From a virus (Duplodnaviria; Caudoviricetes): a stretch of DNA of 64,000 nt. Of this stretch, positions 26,809-38,298 are shown piece by piece (position 1 is the first letter of the stretch; each line of letters opens with the position of its first letter). The DNA lies in the IMG/VR virus record IMGVR_UViG_3300021400_000027, positions 115,788 to 179,787 of that record. One strand, 5' to 3'. The translations under genes were made by a program, and so were the position numbers. The notes under the pieces were generated by a model, which did not search any database, had not been told where the DNA came from, and was given only the letters and a program-made list of their open reading frames with translations.

Positions 26809-27966
26809 ATGGCGAAAATAAAAATTGTATCTGGACTTAACTATGGTGATGAGTCCAAAGGCTTGGTAGCCAATGCAATTTCTACTTCAAATTGTCTGAA
26901 TGTGTTGCCCTCAAATTCCTGTCAGAGGGCACACACCGTAGTAGAGAATGGGGTAAGGAGAGTATTTCGCCACTTTGGTAGCGGTACTCTTAAGGGTGCC
27001 GCTACTTATTTTTCTGGCGATTTTATTGTGAATCCGGCAATGTTTCGGCAGGAATACATGGAGCTGGTTAAGACGGGGGTTACTCCAACTGTCTACTGTA
27101 ATACAAAGGTAAGAATTGCTACGGTTGTCGATATGTATGCCAATTGTTATTTGGAACGGTTAAGAGGAAATCATTCTTTCTCCTCAACTGGCTGCGGCGT
27201 TTATGAAACAATTATGAGAGATAAGTATATGGAAGAAGAAAAGCCCATTTACATTCTTTCTGATATAATTGAATATTATAAACATCGGTTGGCGGCAAAC
27301 AATAATGGGGTTTTAGATGATGAGGTTAAAGATTTTCTTGAAGGGAAAGCTCTTAAACAGAATCATGATGATGACCTTTCTTTCTTCTACAGTCATTGTA
27401 TTCCGATTTCAACTGACGAGGAAGAAAAAGAACTATTCCACTCTTACCCTTTAATTGTTTTTGAAAATGGGCAAGGACTACTTCTTACAGATGAATACTG
27501 TATAGATTCTGCTCACAATACGCCGGCATCGGTAGGTTTGCTTCATCCTAAAAATCTCATTTTCAAGAACTTTGATGATGTAGAAAAGGAATGTCAGATT
27601 GAGAATTATTACGTATCCAGAACTTATCTGACAAGACATGGTAAAGGACAAATTGGAATGAGTGGAGATTGTGAGTGCGGTAAAGAAGATATTAATCCAA
27701 ATATGGTTGATAAGACAAATGTTCCAAATCCAAATCAAGGTGTTTTACGCTATGGAAAGTTTTCTGCGGAAGAAGCGGAATTAGCGATGGAAAGAATTGA
27801 AGAAGATACGGGACGGCATTTGGCTCTAATATCACAATCTAATTTAGTCATTACTCATACTAATGAGTATAATGACGGCGAATTAGAGAGGGCGGCAGAG
27901 AAGTTTAGAATTAGAACCTTTTTGTCTGATAACGAGACTTCATTTAAATTAAAGGAGAAATTTTAA
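26809..27966 (+). CDS. divergent adenylosuccinate synthetase (PurA)-like protein
   Basis: GDESKG, AHTVV, STGCGV, FENGQG, RTYLTRHG motifs. Confidence 0.75.
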   Translation: MAKIKIVSGLNYGDESKGLVANAISTSNCLNVLPSNSCQRAHTVVENGVRRVFRHFGSGTLKGAATYFSGDFIVNPAMFRQEYMELVKTGVTPTVYCNTKVRIATVVDMYANCYLERLRGNHSFSSTGCGVYETIMRDKYMEEEKPIYILSDIIEYYKHRLAANNNGVLDDEVKDFLEGKALKQNHDDDLSFFYSHCIPISTDEEEKELFHSYPLIVFENGQGLLLTDEYCIDSAHNTPASVGLLHPKNLIFKNFDDVEKECQIENYYVSRTYLTRHGKGQIGMSGDCECGKEDINPNMVDKTNVPNPNQGVLRYGKFSAEEAELAMERIEEDTGRHLALISQSNLVITHTNEYNDGELERAAEKFRIRTFLSDNETSFKLKEKF

Positions 27967-28095
27967 TGGAATCAGTTGACTAAAATTATCGCTTTATTTA
28001 TAAGTAATTTGAAAATTTCTTAAAAAAATGTTATAATATTTATAGAAATTGAAAAAAGAAATTAAAAATTAAATCGGTAGAGAGGAGAATGTCTA

Positions 28096-30852
28096 ATGGA
28101 AATTAAGTTCGTAAACTATACTGGTAGTTATCCGAATCTTTGTAGCGGAGTTCTTACACTTCTTGTTAATGGGAAGGAAATGACGTTCGGTCCGGAGTGG
28201 GAAGGAGCAGAGTTTCCAAAATTCTGGGCTTCTGGTGGAAGTTGTGGTTTCGCCGGCAACAACTGGACAGACGAATACGTTAATACTGGCAGATGGGTTT
28301 GGAGTATATTTGATGCAGATAAGCTGAAAGAATTTCTTCCTTATAAATATGAGTTAATGGAAATTTTCAATTTGAATGTGCCGTTCGGTTGCTGCGGCGG
28401 CTGTTTATAAGGAGGAGTAAAATGACTTTAGGAGAACTTAAAGCAAAAATTGATAATTATTTAAATAATGGGGTTGATAAAAATACCCCTATTATTTTAG
28501 ATGTGCTTAATGTTGAAACGGACAGGTTTGAAACATATAGTATTGACATTTACCGAGGTAATAATCAAATAGTTATTGAAAAAGACGACCTTGTAAGTAA
28601 TTGAAAGGAGCGATTAAATGGAAGATTTAGAAACTATAGACCGCGTCTATGTTCTCTTAGTTCGTGACTTCTATGATAGGGAATATCATATTGAAGGAGT
28701 ATACAGAAAAAAGAAAGATGCTCAGGCGGCAGCAGAGTCCTATGAGGGACAAGAGCTGGAAATTAGGGAAGAATATGTGTTTTAAAGGAGTGAGATAATG
28801 GAACATATATGGATTGCATATCGTAGATTAGAGCCACGAGACTCAATAATCGGCTGGGCTTATTCTGCCGCTGATGCTTACCAAAAAGTAAGGAAAATTA
28901 TTAAAGCAGATAAGCCAGAAGAATTAAACGAATTTGACCAGTCTTTTCGCCTTAGTTCTGAAATTTTTTGTAGTGAGTCTTATGGCGTGAGAGAAGAAAT
29001 TAACTACTTAGAAAAATTCTAAAGGAGAATTTAAATGGAAGTTTGGTTTTGTTTAGATAGTTATGATGATTATCGTTTCGCCAGTTCTTCAACGAAAGCC
29101 TTAGATATTTTAAAGGAAATGTTTAAAGAAGATAACGCTTATACTCCAGAAATTGAGAAGGAGCTTTTAAAGTCCTTTTTTGAAGACCAAAATGAATTTG
29201 GGGTCGTTGGCTGGGGCTTTGCAAAGAAAGTTGAGGTTGAGTAATGGAGAATGTTTACTTACTTTACGGTACGCCGGCAGAAGCACCTTGGGAAGAAACT
29301 TTAATCGCCATTTATGGAGATATGGAAACGGCACAATATGAGTTGGAGCAGTTCCGTAAGGACAAAAACTGGACTGCTCTTTCAATCCAATGTTGGCAAG
29401 TAAGAAAGAAAGCTCGATTTGATTGGACACCAGTTCCAACTCCCTATTCATTTAGGGAATCTTAAGGAGGGGTACTAATGGATTTTGATAAACGCTATGT
29501 TCTTTTCCAGTTTAATGCTTGTCTTGATGACAAGGAATTTGAGGAAATCAGAGCAATTCGCTTTAAATACAATACTGATTGTATTGATATTGTAAAGGAA
29601 GTTAAATCCTATGCTGATTTTCTTTGTGATGAATGGACAGATAAGGCTTGGAAAGCTGTAAGACCAGACCTTGAAGATTTGGGAGCAGACGAACTTTATG
29701 ACGTGCTGAAAAAGTTCTATATTAACTGCCATTTCTGCTATGAAGTTATTACAAAAGAAGATTATAAGGATTGGAAAGAAGAAGGTAAATCTTCTAAACT
29801 TACCTACGTGTGAAAGGAACAAAATTAATGGGATATTGTACAAATTATGTGATTGAAGTAAGTAGCAAAAACAAAGAACAACTTATGGGAGTTGTTAAAG
29901 CCTTTAACGAGGAAATCGGATTTCCAATTTTTGATGAAGCGGTTATCGAACTTGATGGCGAGTATTCCAGTTCTATAGAGTGGGAATCAAAGTGGTACTC
30001 AACAGACGCAATAATTAAAATTGCGGCTAGGTATCCGGAAGTGACGATTGTGGTTGAAGGCATTGGCGAGGAAAAAGAAGATTGGTGGGCTATGAAACTT
30101 AAAGGTAGGAACTATAAGAAAGCTGTTGCTGAAATTCGTAGTCCTTGGGAAGTAATGGAAGATTTCTAATTTTGTTGTGCCGGCACGCATAATTTGATGG
30201 AGTTCGAACTACATCAAGTTTGTGCCGGCGGCGTAAGGTAAAAGGAGGAATAGTAAAATGAGCAAAGATTTAATTCTAAGTTTGGTAGTAAGAAAATTTA
30301 ACGATAGCGAAATGCTAATGGACGAAATTGAAAAGTTACTTGGCTATGTACCTAAGTCAATTTAGGACAGCGAGTTAAATGGAATTTTAACCCTAATTGA
30401 GGAACTTCAACCGGAGTTTGATGGAGACCTAAAGGAAGAAATTTTTAAGACAACTACTTGAAAGGAGAAAGCTGATAATGATAATTTTAGCTATTTTAAT
30501 TTTAATTTGTGTCTTATCTGCTTTAATAGCAGAAAAGAAAGAAAGTATAACGGCTTTGATGGTTTTTCTCTTGTCTTTAGTTCTTGGAATATTAAATCTT
30601 GTTGGTTTAATAATTACCACAATGCCTGTTTTTGAATTGCGAGAAAAAATTGAGTTAGAAGAAACCTATACTACTCTTGATTACATGTTAAAATCTGACA
30701 AAAATAATTGTATAGTTCTTTCAAAAGAAATTAGTGAATATAATGCTTCTGTTAAACAAGGAAGAGAATTATTAAATAATTTTTGGCTTAAGGATTATCA
30801 GCATAAGTTTTGGAATGATATGCCCTTAATAGAGTTAGAGGATTACGAATAA
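28096..30852 (+). other. run of about 10 small hypothetical CDS, including 30258-30461 with one in-frame TAG (30363)
   Basis: tightly packed ORFs each with AAGGAG-type RBS. Confidence 0.65.
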
Positions 30853-30917
30853 AAAGTTTTACTTTTTTAAAAAAAAATGCTATAATTTTTATAGAAAAAG
30901 AAAAAAGGAGAACTAAT

Positions 30918-31817
30918 ATGGAAAAGAAATATATGTTGACCGATGAAACAAAAGTTGTCGATGGAAGAACACTCCATCGAATTAAAGCTTTGAAAGATTT
31001 TGGGGATATTGAAGCTGGAACTCTAGGCGGTTTTCTTGAGAAAGAAGAAAATTTGAGTCAAAGAGGAGAAGCATGGGTAAATGAAAACGCTTGTGTTTTT
31101 GGAGATGCTCGAATTTCTGATAATGCTCAAATTTTTGGTAATGCCTTAATTTATGGATATGCTCGGGTTTGTGGAAATGCTTTCATTTTTGACGAGGCTC
31201 AGGTTTATGGGAACGCTCGAATTTATGATGATGCACGAGTTTCTGGCAATGCTCAGGTTTTCGGATATGCTCGGGCTTATGGTAACGCTGAGATTTATGA
31301 TAATGCACGAATTTATGATGATGCTTGGGCTTTTGATAATGTTCTGATTTATGAAAATGCTCGGATTTGTGATAATGCTAGGGCTTATGAATCAGCTTGG
31401 ATTTGTGGCGATTCCGTTGTCTCTCAAAATCAATATGTCTTTTATGGAATCGTGACGACAGACTTGTCCAAAACCGAAAATTTAGTAAAATCAATAAAGG
31501 CTCAATGTAATTTACTTGCTATTGACAATAAAGTAATTGCTTATAAATTAGTTAGACCTGATTTAACCTCTTTTTTTGATAAAAGTTTTCATTATGAGGT
31601 AGGAAAAGAAATTGAGGTTAAGGATTGTGAGGAATCTAACGAGTCTTGTGCTAGTGGGCTACATTTTAGTAATCCAATTTATTGGGAAAAGAAATGCAGA
31701 AATGAAGAATATGTCTATTTGGAGGCAGAAATTAACCTTAATGATATTATCACCGTTCAGCAAGGAAAGATTCGCTGCCGCAAGGCAAAGATTTTGAGAA
31801 CTTTCAAATTAGATTAA
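30918..31817 (+). CDS. hexapeptide-repeat (left-handed beta-helix) protein, paralog 1
   Basis: RIKALKDFG..GG..E.E.NL N-domain, [GD]NA.[IV][YF] repeats, C-terminal CASGLHFS...GKIRC domain. Confidence 0.8.
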   Translation: MEKKYMLTDETKVVDGRTLHRIKALKDFGDIEAGTLGGFLEKEENLSQRGEAWVNENACVFGDARISDNAQIFGNALIYGYARVCGNAFIFDEAQVYGNARIYDDARVSGNAQVFGYARAYGNAEIYDNARIYDDAWAFDNVLIYENARICDNARAYESAWICGDSVVSQNQYVFYGIVTTDLSKTENLVKSIKAQCNLLAIDNKVIAYKLVRPDLTSFFDKSFHYEVGKEIEVKDCEESNESCASGLHFSNPIYWEKKCRNEEYVYLEAEINLNDIITVQQGKIRCRKAKILRTFKLD

Positions 31818-31855
31818 GAAGAAAATTGAATAGATAAGAAAGAAGGAGGGCTAAT

Positions 31856-32824
31856 ATGGAAAAGAAATATATGCTGACTGACGAAACAACAACTATTAAA
31901 GGAAGAACGCTCTACCGAATTAAAGCCTTAAAAGATTTTGGTGAGGTAAAAGCCGGAGACTTAGGAGGCTTTATAGAAAGAGAGGAAAATCTAAGTCAAG
32001 ATGGGGATGCTTGGGTAAGTGATACTGCTAAGGTCTTTAAAAAAGCCAGAATTTATGGAAACGCTCAAATTAGTGGAAATGTTAGAATTTCTGATAATGT
32101 CCAAATTTATGACAATGCTCAGATTTTTGACAATGCTAAATTTTTTGACGACGCTCAGGTTTATGGCAATGCTTTTATTTATGGCTCTCCTTGGATTTAC
32201 GAAAATTCTCAAATCTTCGGCAATGCCCAAATTCATGGTGATGCTGAAATTCATGGTGACGCTCAGATTTATGGTAATGCATTGATTTCTGGAAATGCTG
32301 TAATCCGTGGCAAAGCTCAGGTTTATGGTAGGGCTTGGATTTATGGGAGTACTTGGATTTGTAACAATGCTAAAATTTATGACCATGCTCAGATTTGCGG
32401 CAACGCTTATATTTGTGACAATGCTGTTATTTCTCAGAACCAACAGGTTTCTTGTGGGGTCGTAAAAACAGATTTGTCTAAACCTGAAAATTTAGCGAAT
32501 TCAATAATGGTGCAATGTAATTTACCAGTAATTGACAATAAAGTAATTGCCTATAAATTAGTGAGACCTGATTTAACCTCTTTCTATGATGAGACTTTTC
32601 ATTATGAGGTAGGAAAGGAGGCTAAAGCTGAAAATTGTGAGGAATCTAATGAGTCTTGTGCTAGTGGATTGCATTTTAGTAACATCACTTATTGGAGTCT
32701 TTCTTGTAAAGGGCTGAAATATGTCTGCTTGGAAGCAGAGATTGACCTTAATGATATTATAACCGTCCAAGAGGGAAAAATTCGCTGCCGCAAGGCAAAG
32801 ATTTTGAGAGCTTTCAACTTATAA
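31856..32824 (+). CDS. hexapeptide-repeat beta-helix protein, paralog 2
   Basis: same three-part architecture. Confidence 0.8.
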   Translation: MEKKYMLTDETTTIKGRTLYRIKALKDFGEVKAGDLGGFIEREENLSQDGDAWVSDTAKVFKKARIYGNAQISGNVRISDNVQIYDNAQIFDNAKFFDDAQVYGNAFIYGSPWIYENSQIFGNAQIHGDAEIHGDAQIYGNALISGNAVIRGKAQVYGRAWIYGSTWICNNAKIYDHAQICGNAYICDNAVISQNQQVSCGVVKTDLSKPENLANSIMVQCNLPVIDNKVIAYKLVRPDLTSFYDETFHYEVGKEAKAENCEESNESCASGLHFSNITYWSLSCKGLKYVCLEAEIDLNDIITVQEGKIRCRKAKILRAFNL

Positions 32825-33015
32825 GAAAGAAGGAGAGCTAATGACTGATACCGTTTACATTCTTTTAGTTCGTAGTGTCTATGATAACCAATATCATGTA
32901 CACACCGTCTACCGCACACGAAAGGCGGCAGAAGATTGCAAAAAGTTTCTTGATGAATATGATTCATTCATTATAGAGAAAATCATATTAGACTAATTTA
33001 AAGGGAGGAATCTGA

Positions 33016-33513
33016 ATGAGAAAAGTTGAACCTACTTTAACATTTAAATGGAAATATAACATTGAAGAAATTCTTAATGTTGCTGGGGAAAAACCTTTTT
33101 TAAAGGTTCGCCGTTCTTTCTGTTATCAAGAAAGATACTACCTCTATGGCGGCATTATTGACGGTAAATTACGTCTTTTCTATTATCCGTTAGACTCCCC
33201 CAATGCTCAAATCAATTTTGGGTTAATTAGTCCTGATAAAGTCGCTTCCGGCGAAGCCTTAATTTATAAAGGTTCTGAAACATACCGTCCCTCTGACTTA
33301 ATTGAATCTACTTCTTTCTTAAAATTTAAACAAGGAATACCCTACAAAATTGTTAATAAACGTTATAAAGGAATCGTCTATGGATTCTTTAAAGAGACTG
33401 TCAGCCCTAATCTTTATTCTTTCTATTGTTATTATGGAGATAAGGCATTAGATGAAGAACAATTCAGTGATGCTGATTATGATTTCTATGAGATGGATGA
33501 AGGATTGGTTTAA
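33016..33513 (+). CDS. hypothetical protein
   Basis: 165-aa ORF, GGAGG RBS. Confidence 0.7.
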   Translation: MRKVEPTLTFKWKYNIEEILNVAGEKPFLKVRRSFCYQERYYLYGGIIDGKLRLFYYPLDSPNAQINFGLISPDKVASGEALIYKGSETYRPSDLIESTSFLKFKQGIPYKIVNKRYKGIVYGFFKETVSPNLYSFYCYYGDKALDEEQFSDADYDFYEMDEGLV

Positions 33514-33565
33514 TATAAGGTTGTATTAAATTGATGCCAGCCGGCGCAGAAAAGGAGTAAATACT

Positions 33566-34429
33566 ATGGAGAAGAAATTTGAATTAACAGATGAAACTTT
33601 TAGCTTTGTCAAAACTTATCATAGGATTCGGGCATTAAGAGATTTTGGAGACGTAAAAAAGGGAGATTTGGGGGGCTTTGTTGAAAGAGAGGGCAATTTA
33701 AGTCATATGGGAAACGCTTGGATAAGTGACAATGCTAAAGTGCGTGACAATGCTTGCGTAATGGACAATGCTATTGTCTCAGGAAATGCTTTAATTTGTG
33801 ATGAAGCCATAATTTCTGGAGATGCCCAAGTTTATGGAACGGTAATAATAAGTAATAATGCTACTATATGTAGAAATGCCAAAATTTATGGTAATGCAAG
33901 AGTATGTGGTAAGGCAGTGGTAAGTGGGGATGCCGAAGTATATGATAATGCTTTAATAGAGGGGAGAGCATGGGTAAAAACCTCTCAGGTGTGTGGGTGT
34001 AGTTATGTAGCAGGAACAGCTGTTATAACAGATGGCGGCAAAGTGTCTCAAAACCAGCATGTTTGTAGTGGAGTAGTCAAGACAGACTTGTCAAAAGATT
34101 TGTCTGCATCAATTAGACTGCAATGTAATTTGCCTGTAATCAATAATAAGGTTGTTGCTTATAAGTTAGTAAGACCGGACTTCACCTCTTTTTATGACAC
34201 AAATTTTAAGTATGAAGTTGGAAAGATTGTTGAAGCAGAAAGTTACGATTTGACATTACAAGGTTGTGCGGCTGGACTCCATTTTAGTAATTTAAACTAT
34301 TGGGAAAGAGCAATTCGTGGGGACTTTTTTTGCTTAGAGGCAGAGATTGACTTAGATGATATAATTACGGTTCAGGAAGGCAAAATCAGATGTAAGAGAG
34401 CAAAGATTCTAAGAGCATTTCACTTTTAA
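33566..34429 (+). CDS. hexapeptide-repeat beta-helix protein, paralog 3
   Basis: same architecture. Confidence 0.8.
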   Translation: MEKKFELTDETFSFVKTYHRIRALRDFGDVKKGDLGGFVEREGNLSHMGNAWISDNAKVRDNACVMDNAIVSGNALICDEAIISGDAQVYGTVIISNNATICRNAKIYGNARVCGKAVVSGDAEVYDNALIEGRAWVKTSQVCGCSYVAGTAVITDGGKVSQNQHVCSGVVKTDLSKDLSASIRLQCNLPVINNKVVAYKLVRPDFTSFYDTNFKYEVGKIVEAESYDLTLQGCAAGLHFSNLNYWERAIRGDFFCLEAEIDLDDIITVQEGKIRCKRAKILRAFHF

Positions 34430-34546
34430 TTGAAATTTGCGTTGCGCCGGCTTGCGTAAGTTTTAAGAATGAATGCGTGCCGGCGCAAGGTAAGTTTTAA
34501 ATCAAATCCTATAATATATAGAAACTTAAGGAGAGGAGTAAATACT

Positions 34547-35545
34547 ATGGATAAGAAATATGAAATGACAAATGAGGTAATTGAATTTGAAGGTAGAATT
34601 CTCCATAGAATTCGGGCATTGAAAGATTTTGAATTTGCAAAAAAGGGAGATTTGGGTGGCTTCATTGAAAAAGAGAAAAATTTAAGTCAAGAAGGAAACG
34701 CTTGGGTACGTGATAACGTAAAAGTATATGATGACGCTACTGTAATAAAGAATGCCCTCGTAAGAAATAATGCTATTATAAAAGACAAAGCTATTATAGG
34801 GGGTAATGCAATTGTAGAAACAGAAGCTTGTGTGTGTGGAAAAGCAAAGGTGTTTGATTCTGCTTGTGTTATGGGTTCTGTTAAAATAGAGGATAACGCT
34901 AAAATATACGGTAATGCTGTTATAAAAAGCAATGCTATTGTAAGAGAGTATGCTATTGTAAAAGAATATGCTGTTATAAGGGGTTTTGCTCAAATATTTG
35001 GTACTACCATTATAAAAGGGAATCCTTGTATATATGAAAACGCCAAGGTATATGATGACGCTCTTGTTGATGGTTATACAATAGTAAGAGGTAATGCTGA
35101 AATATGTGGTCATGGGCAAGTAAAACAAAACGCTCTTATAGAAGGTTCTGGTAAAGTATCTCAAAATCAATTAGCTTTGTATGGTATAACTAAAACAGAT
35201 TTATCTAAGGACTTTGCTGCGTCAATTAAAGCACAATGTAATTTGCCAGTAATCAATAATAAGGTTATTGCCTATAAATTAGTAAGACTTGACTTTACTT
35301 CATTTTATGATGTTAATTTTAAATACAAGGTTGGAGAAGTTGCTGAGGTTAATGACTATGAATCATCAAATGAGAGTTGTGCGGCGGGACTCCATTTTAG
35401 TAATCTTACTTATTGGGAAACAGAAATTGACGAGGATTTCATTTGTTTGGAAGCGGAGATTGATTTAGATGATGTGATTACGGTTCAGGAAGGAAAGATT
35501 AGATGTAAGAAAGCGAAAATTTTAAGGGCATTTACAATAAGTTAA
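34547..35545 (+). CDS. hexapeptide-repeat beta-helix protein, paralog 4
   Basis: true start MDKKYEMT at 34547 after AGGAG RBS. Confidence 0.8.
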   Translation: MDKKYEMTNEVIEFEGRILHRIRALKDFEFAKKGDLGGFIEKEKNLSQEGNAWVRDNVKVYDDATVIKNALVRNNAIIKDKAIIGGNAIVETEACVCGKAKVFDSACVMGSVKIEDNAKIYGNAVIKSNAIVREYAIVKEYAVIRGFAQIFGTTIIKGNPCIYENAKVYDDALVDGYTIVRGNAEICGHGQVKQNALIEGSGKVSQNQLALYGITKTDLSKDFAASIKAQCNLPVINNKVIAYKLVRLDFTSFYDVNFKYKVGEVAEVNDYESSNESCAAGLHFSNLTYWETEIDEDFICLEAEIDLDDVITVQEGKIRCKKAKILRAFTIS

Positions 35546-36034
35546 GAACGACACTGCGCCGGCTTGCGTAAATTTAAAGCATGGATTCTATAATTTTATG
35601 CGTGCCGGCGCAAAGTAAGGTGAGAAATTTGGAGTATAAGAATTTGGAACGTGAAGTGTTCCGCTTAAATCAAGAACTAATGAAATATAAAGTGTTGGCT
35701 TCTTTCTATAAGAAAAGATTAGGACTACTTGGCGATACTGAATGGCTATCCCAATTTGACTATCTGGATAGGGAAGAGCCCGACTCAATCTATTCGGCTG
35801 ATGATGAAGAAAATTAAATTAAACCAATCCCGTTTCTTTACTCTCTATGGGGGTGTGGGGGCTTGCCCCCACGACCAAAAGGAAAACGGGAGTTTTTTGT
35901 ATAGAGAGGGTTGTAGTTTTCAATTTTAATTTGAAAGGAGCGAGCGTGAGGGAAGAGCGCAGCTCTTCGCTCACCCGAGCGCCGTTTCTTTGGTTACTTT
36001 CTTTGCGGAGTCAAAGAAAGTAACAAGATAAATA

Positions 36035-36135
36035 ATAGAGAATTTTAGATAACTCCATAGAGAATTTTAGATAACTCCATAGAGATTTTTAGATAGCTTC
36101 ATAGAGAATTTTAGTTAATCCATAGAGAATTTTAG
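36035..36135. repeat. five iteron-like direct repeats, period 22 bp (ATAGAGAATTTTAGATAACTCC)
   Basis: copies start 36035, 36057, 36079, 36101, 36122. Confidence 0.85.
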
Positions 36136-36243
36136 TAAAGGTGTCTAAAATCTGAAAAAATTAGACAGAATTATTTACCATAGCACTTTATATACGGCGG
36201 GTCAAATAATTCGCTAAATATAATAGGAAAGAGGGGATTTAAA

Positions 36244-36978
36244 TTGAGAAAGAATTCGGTCTATGCTCATACATAGACAAAAGGAAACTATAAACGTTAT
36301 CAAAAAATCACGGCTAAACAATGGAAGATTTATTATTATCTATTGAGTGTTTCAAAATTCGATTCTTAGAGAGTAGAAGACCATCGTTACGTTTATAAAA
36401 ATAGCTTAAATATAAGTTAGACTTGTCGGCAGTTAGGAATCAAAAGTAATTAGACTTTTTATAATGCGATTAAACGTCTGGAAGAAGTTAATTTAATCAG
36501 GAATAATGAAAGCTACTTTCTAATTTATGCAAAAGACTGGGTCGAAATTGATAAAAGGGTTTTAGTAAATTTGCTAAATTATTCGGCACAGAAAGAGCAA
36601 GATATTGATTTGTTAAGAACTTTTCTTATTTTAAAAAAGATTTGGGTATTGGCTGAATCAAAACAAGAAATGACCTTTACTCAAAGAAATTTGGTTATGC
36701 TTCTTGGTCATAATACAACTGATTCACCATGCTACTCTAATATCAGAATTTATTTAGCATTATTAAGTTATTGGGGGCTGATTGAGTTGAAATTGCATAC
36801 TGAGTATAGTAAGGAACTTGGAAAATATACGATTTACCATTTACAAAAAATTGAAGAGGGGGAGCTCAGTCCTGATTTCGATACAGATATTGAGGCGGAA
36901 ATGAAAGCAAGTGCAATGTCGGATGATTTATTTGAAAGGGTAATGTTTAAAATGCCGGAGATATTGGAAGACAAATAA
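36244..36978 (+). CDS. putative double winged-helix replication-initiator-like protein, four in-frame TAG codons
   Basis: TTG 36244 with GAGGGG RBS is in frame with the 36571 ORF; only TAG interrupts; HTH-like S[TAG]TCRQLGIKSN[TAG]TFYNAIKRLEEVNLI. Confidence 0.65.
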
Positions 36979-37060
36979 GGTTTTGTAACTTGCGCCGCCA
37001 TGCGTTAATTTAATGGGTGGCGGCGTAACGATTTTATAAACTAAATGGGGGTGTATCTAA

Positions 37061-37468
37061 ATGGACTTTGAAATTAAGTTAAACTGCGAAAACGAAAAAA
37101 TCCTTGAACGTCAATTCTACAAGCAACGCTTTAAAGACCTTGGTGAAGTTCCTTTTCGTTCTGGAATTTTCTTCCTAAAGTTTCCAAACGGCAAATCCTA
37201 TTTGGGAACTGCCGAGAACCTACGCTTTCGATTGCGCCAAATCTTTATGGACTTATTCCCAAAACCACAAACTATTGCAAGCCGGCGCAGGAACGGACAA
37301 AACCTATATAAAGAAAGGTGGATGGAGAAAGCAAGGGAAGATAATCCGGGGCTTTAGAACTATAAGGACTTGGAAATAAGGTGTATGGTTTGTAGCGTTC
37401 CGGCGCAACAAAAGAAAAGAATTTTGGGAGAGATGGAGTAGGAAGAGCGTTTACTTTACTATAATTAA
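37061..37468 (+). CDS. GIY-YIG-like nuclease domain protein, two in-frame TAG codons
   Basis: SGIFFL..NGKSYLG.A.NLR.R; reading through TAG adds the terminal ..YYN expected of GIY-YIG domains. Confidence 0.6.
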
Positions 37469-37894
37469 GGGGGAATGATAGTAATGGAAATTAATGGGGA
37501 GATTTCTCTGTTTAAAAGCGAAATTAAGTTGCCGGAAAAGGAGGGTAATGTGTGGAGAAATTCTGAGGTGGAAGCAGATGAAAATCCGGACTATTATTTC
37601 TCTTCCTTGTTGCTGCCGGCTTCGCAAAGTAGAGGGGTTTTGTTGTTTAAAGTAATGGGTGGCGGCGAAACGTAAAATTGAGAGAAGATTTTGAACTTAA
37701 AAAATTTCCTTAAGTTCCTTTAAGTTGTGCGTTGCGGCGAAAGGTAAGGTTAAAGAGGGTATGAAAAATTTTGAGAAAAGTTCTCCTCTCAATTACATAT
37801 CTACTGAAAGTTAGGAGGGAAAAACCCTAAACTAAAGTATCTGTGTTTTAGGAGAAACTTAAAGTGTTTAAAGGGGGAGGGCTAAATTCTACTT

Positions 37895-38125
37895 AAAAAT
37901 AGGGAAAGGGAAGGGGAAGGAGAAAAGAAAAGGAAGTTAAGAGGGGGAAGTTAAGAGAGGGAAGTTAAAAGAAACGAATTAAGGGGGGAGACGTTAAAAA
38001 AACGAAAGTTAAGGGTGGCGGCGAGAAACGAAGGGAAAAAATTAAGGGGGAGAAGGGAAAAGAAAAAGGAAAGGAAAGGAAAGGAACTAAAAAAAGGGGG
38101 AGAGGAAAAAACTTAAAGGGGGCTG
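37895..38125 (+). repeat. purine-rich low-complexity tract with GGAAGTTAA repeats
   Basis: almost only A/G on the + strand; no ORF. Confidence 0.7.
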
Positions 38126-38298
38126 TGTAAAAAGTCTATAAAAAGTAATTGTAATAGGGGGTGTGAGGAAAAATGGTAGTCTACCTGTACTCAGTGAACA
38201 TATAGGGGGTCAATAATAACGTCGCTTTTCTAAAGGCATGTCCAAAGCTAATCGGAATAGGGGGTAGACCTTTAAGAAAGGGGGAGACTAAAACAATT

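Noticed and set aside
26809-27966. PurZ (2-aminoadenine Z-genome) gene
   Set aside because: The catalytic position is Asp (GDESKG) as in PurA, not the Ser typical of PurZ, and no DatZ/MazZ neighbours are visible.
30918-35545. Diversity-generating retroelement target/template pairs
   Set aside because: Similar C-termini belong to full paralogs, differences are not adenine-specific by inspection, and no reverse transcriptase is in the window.
36035-36135. Possible CRISPR array
   Set aside because: Contiguous 22-bp tandem units with no unique spacers; iteron-like.
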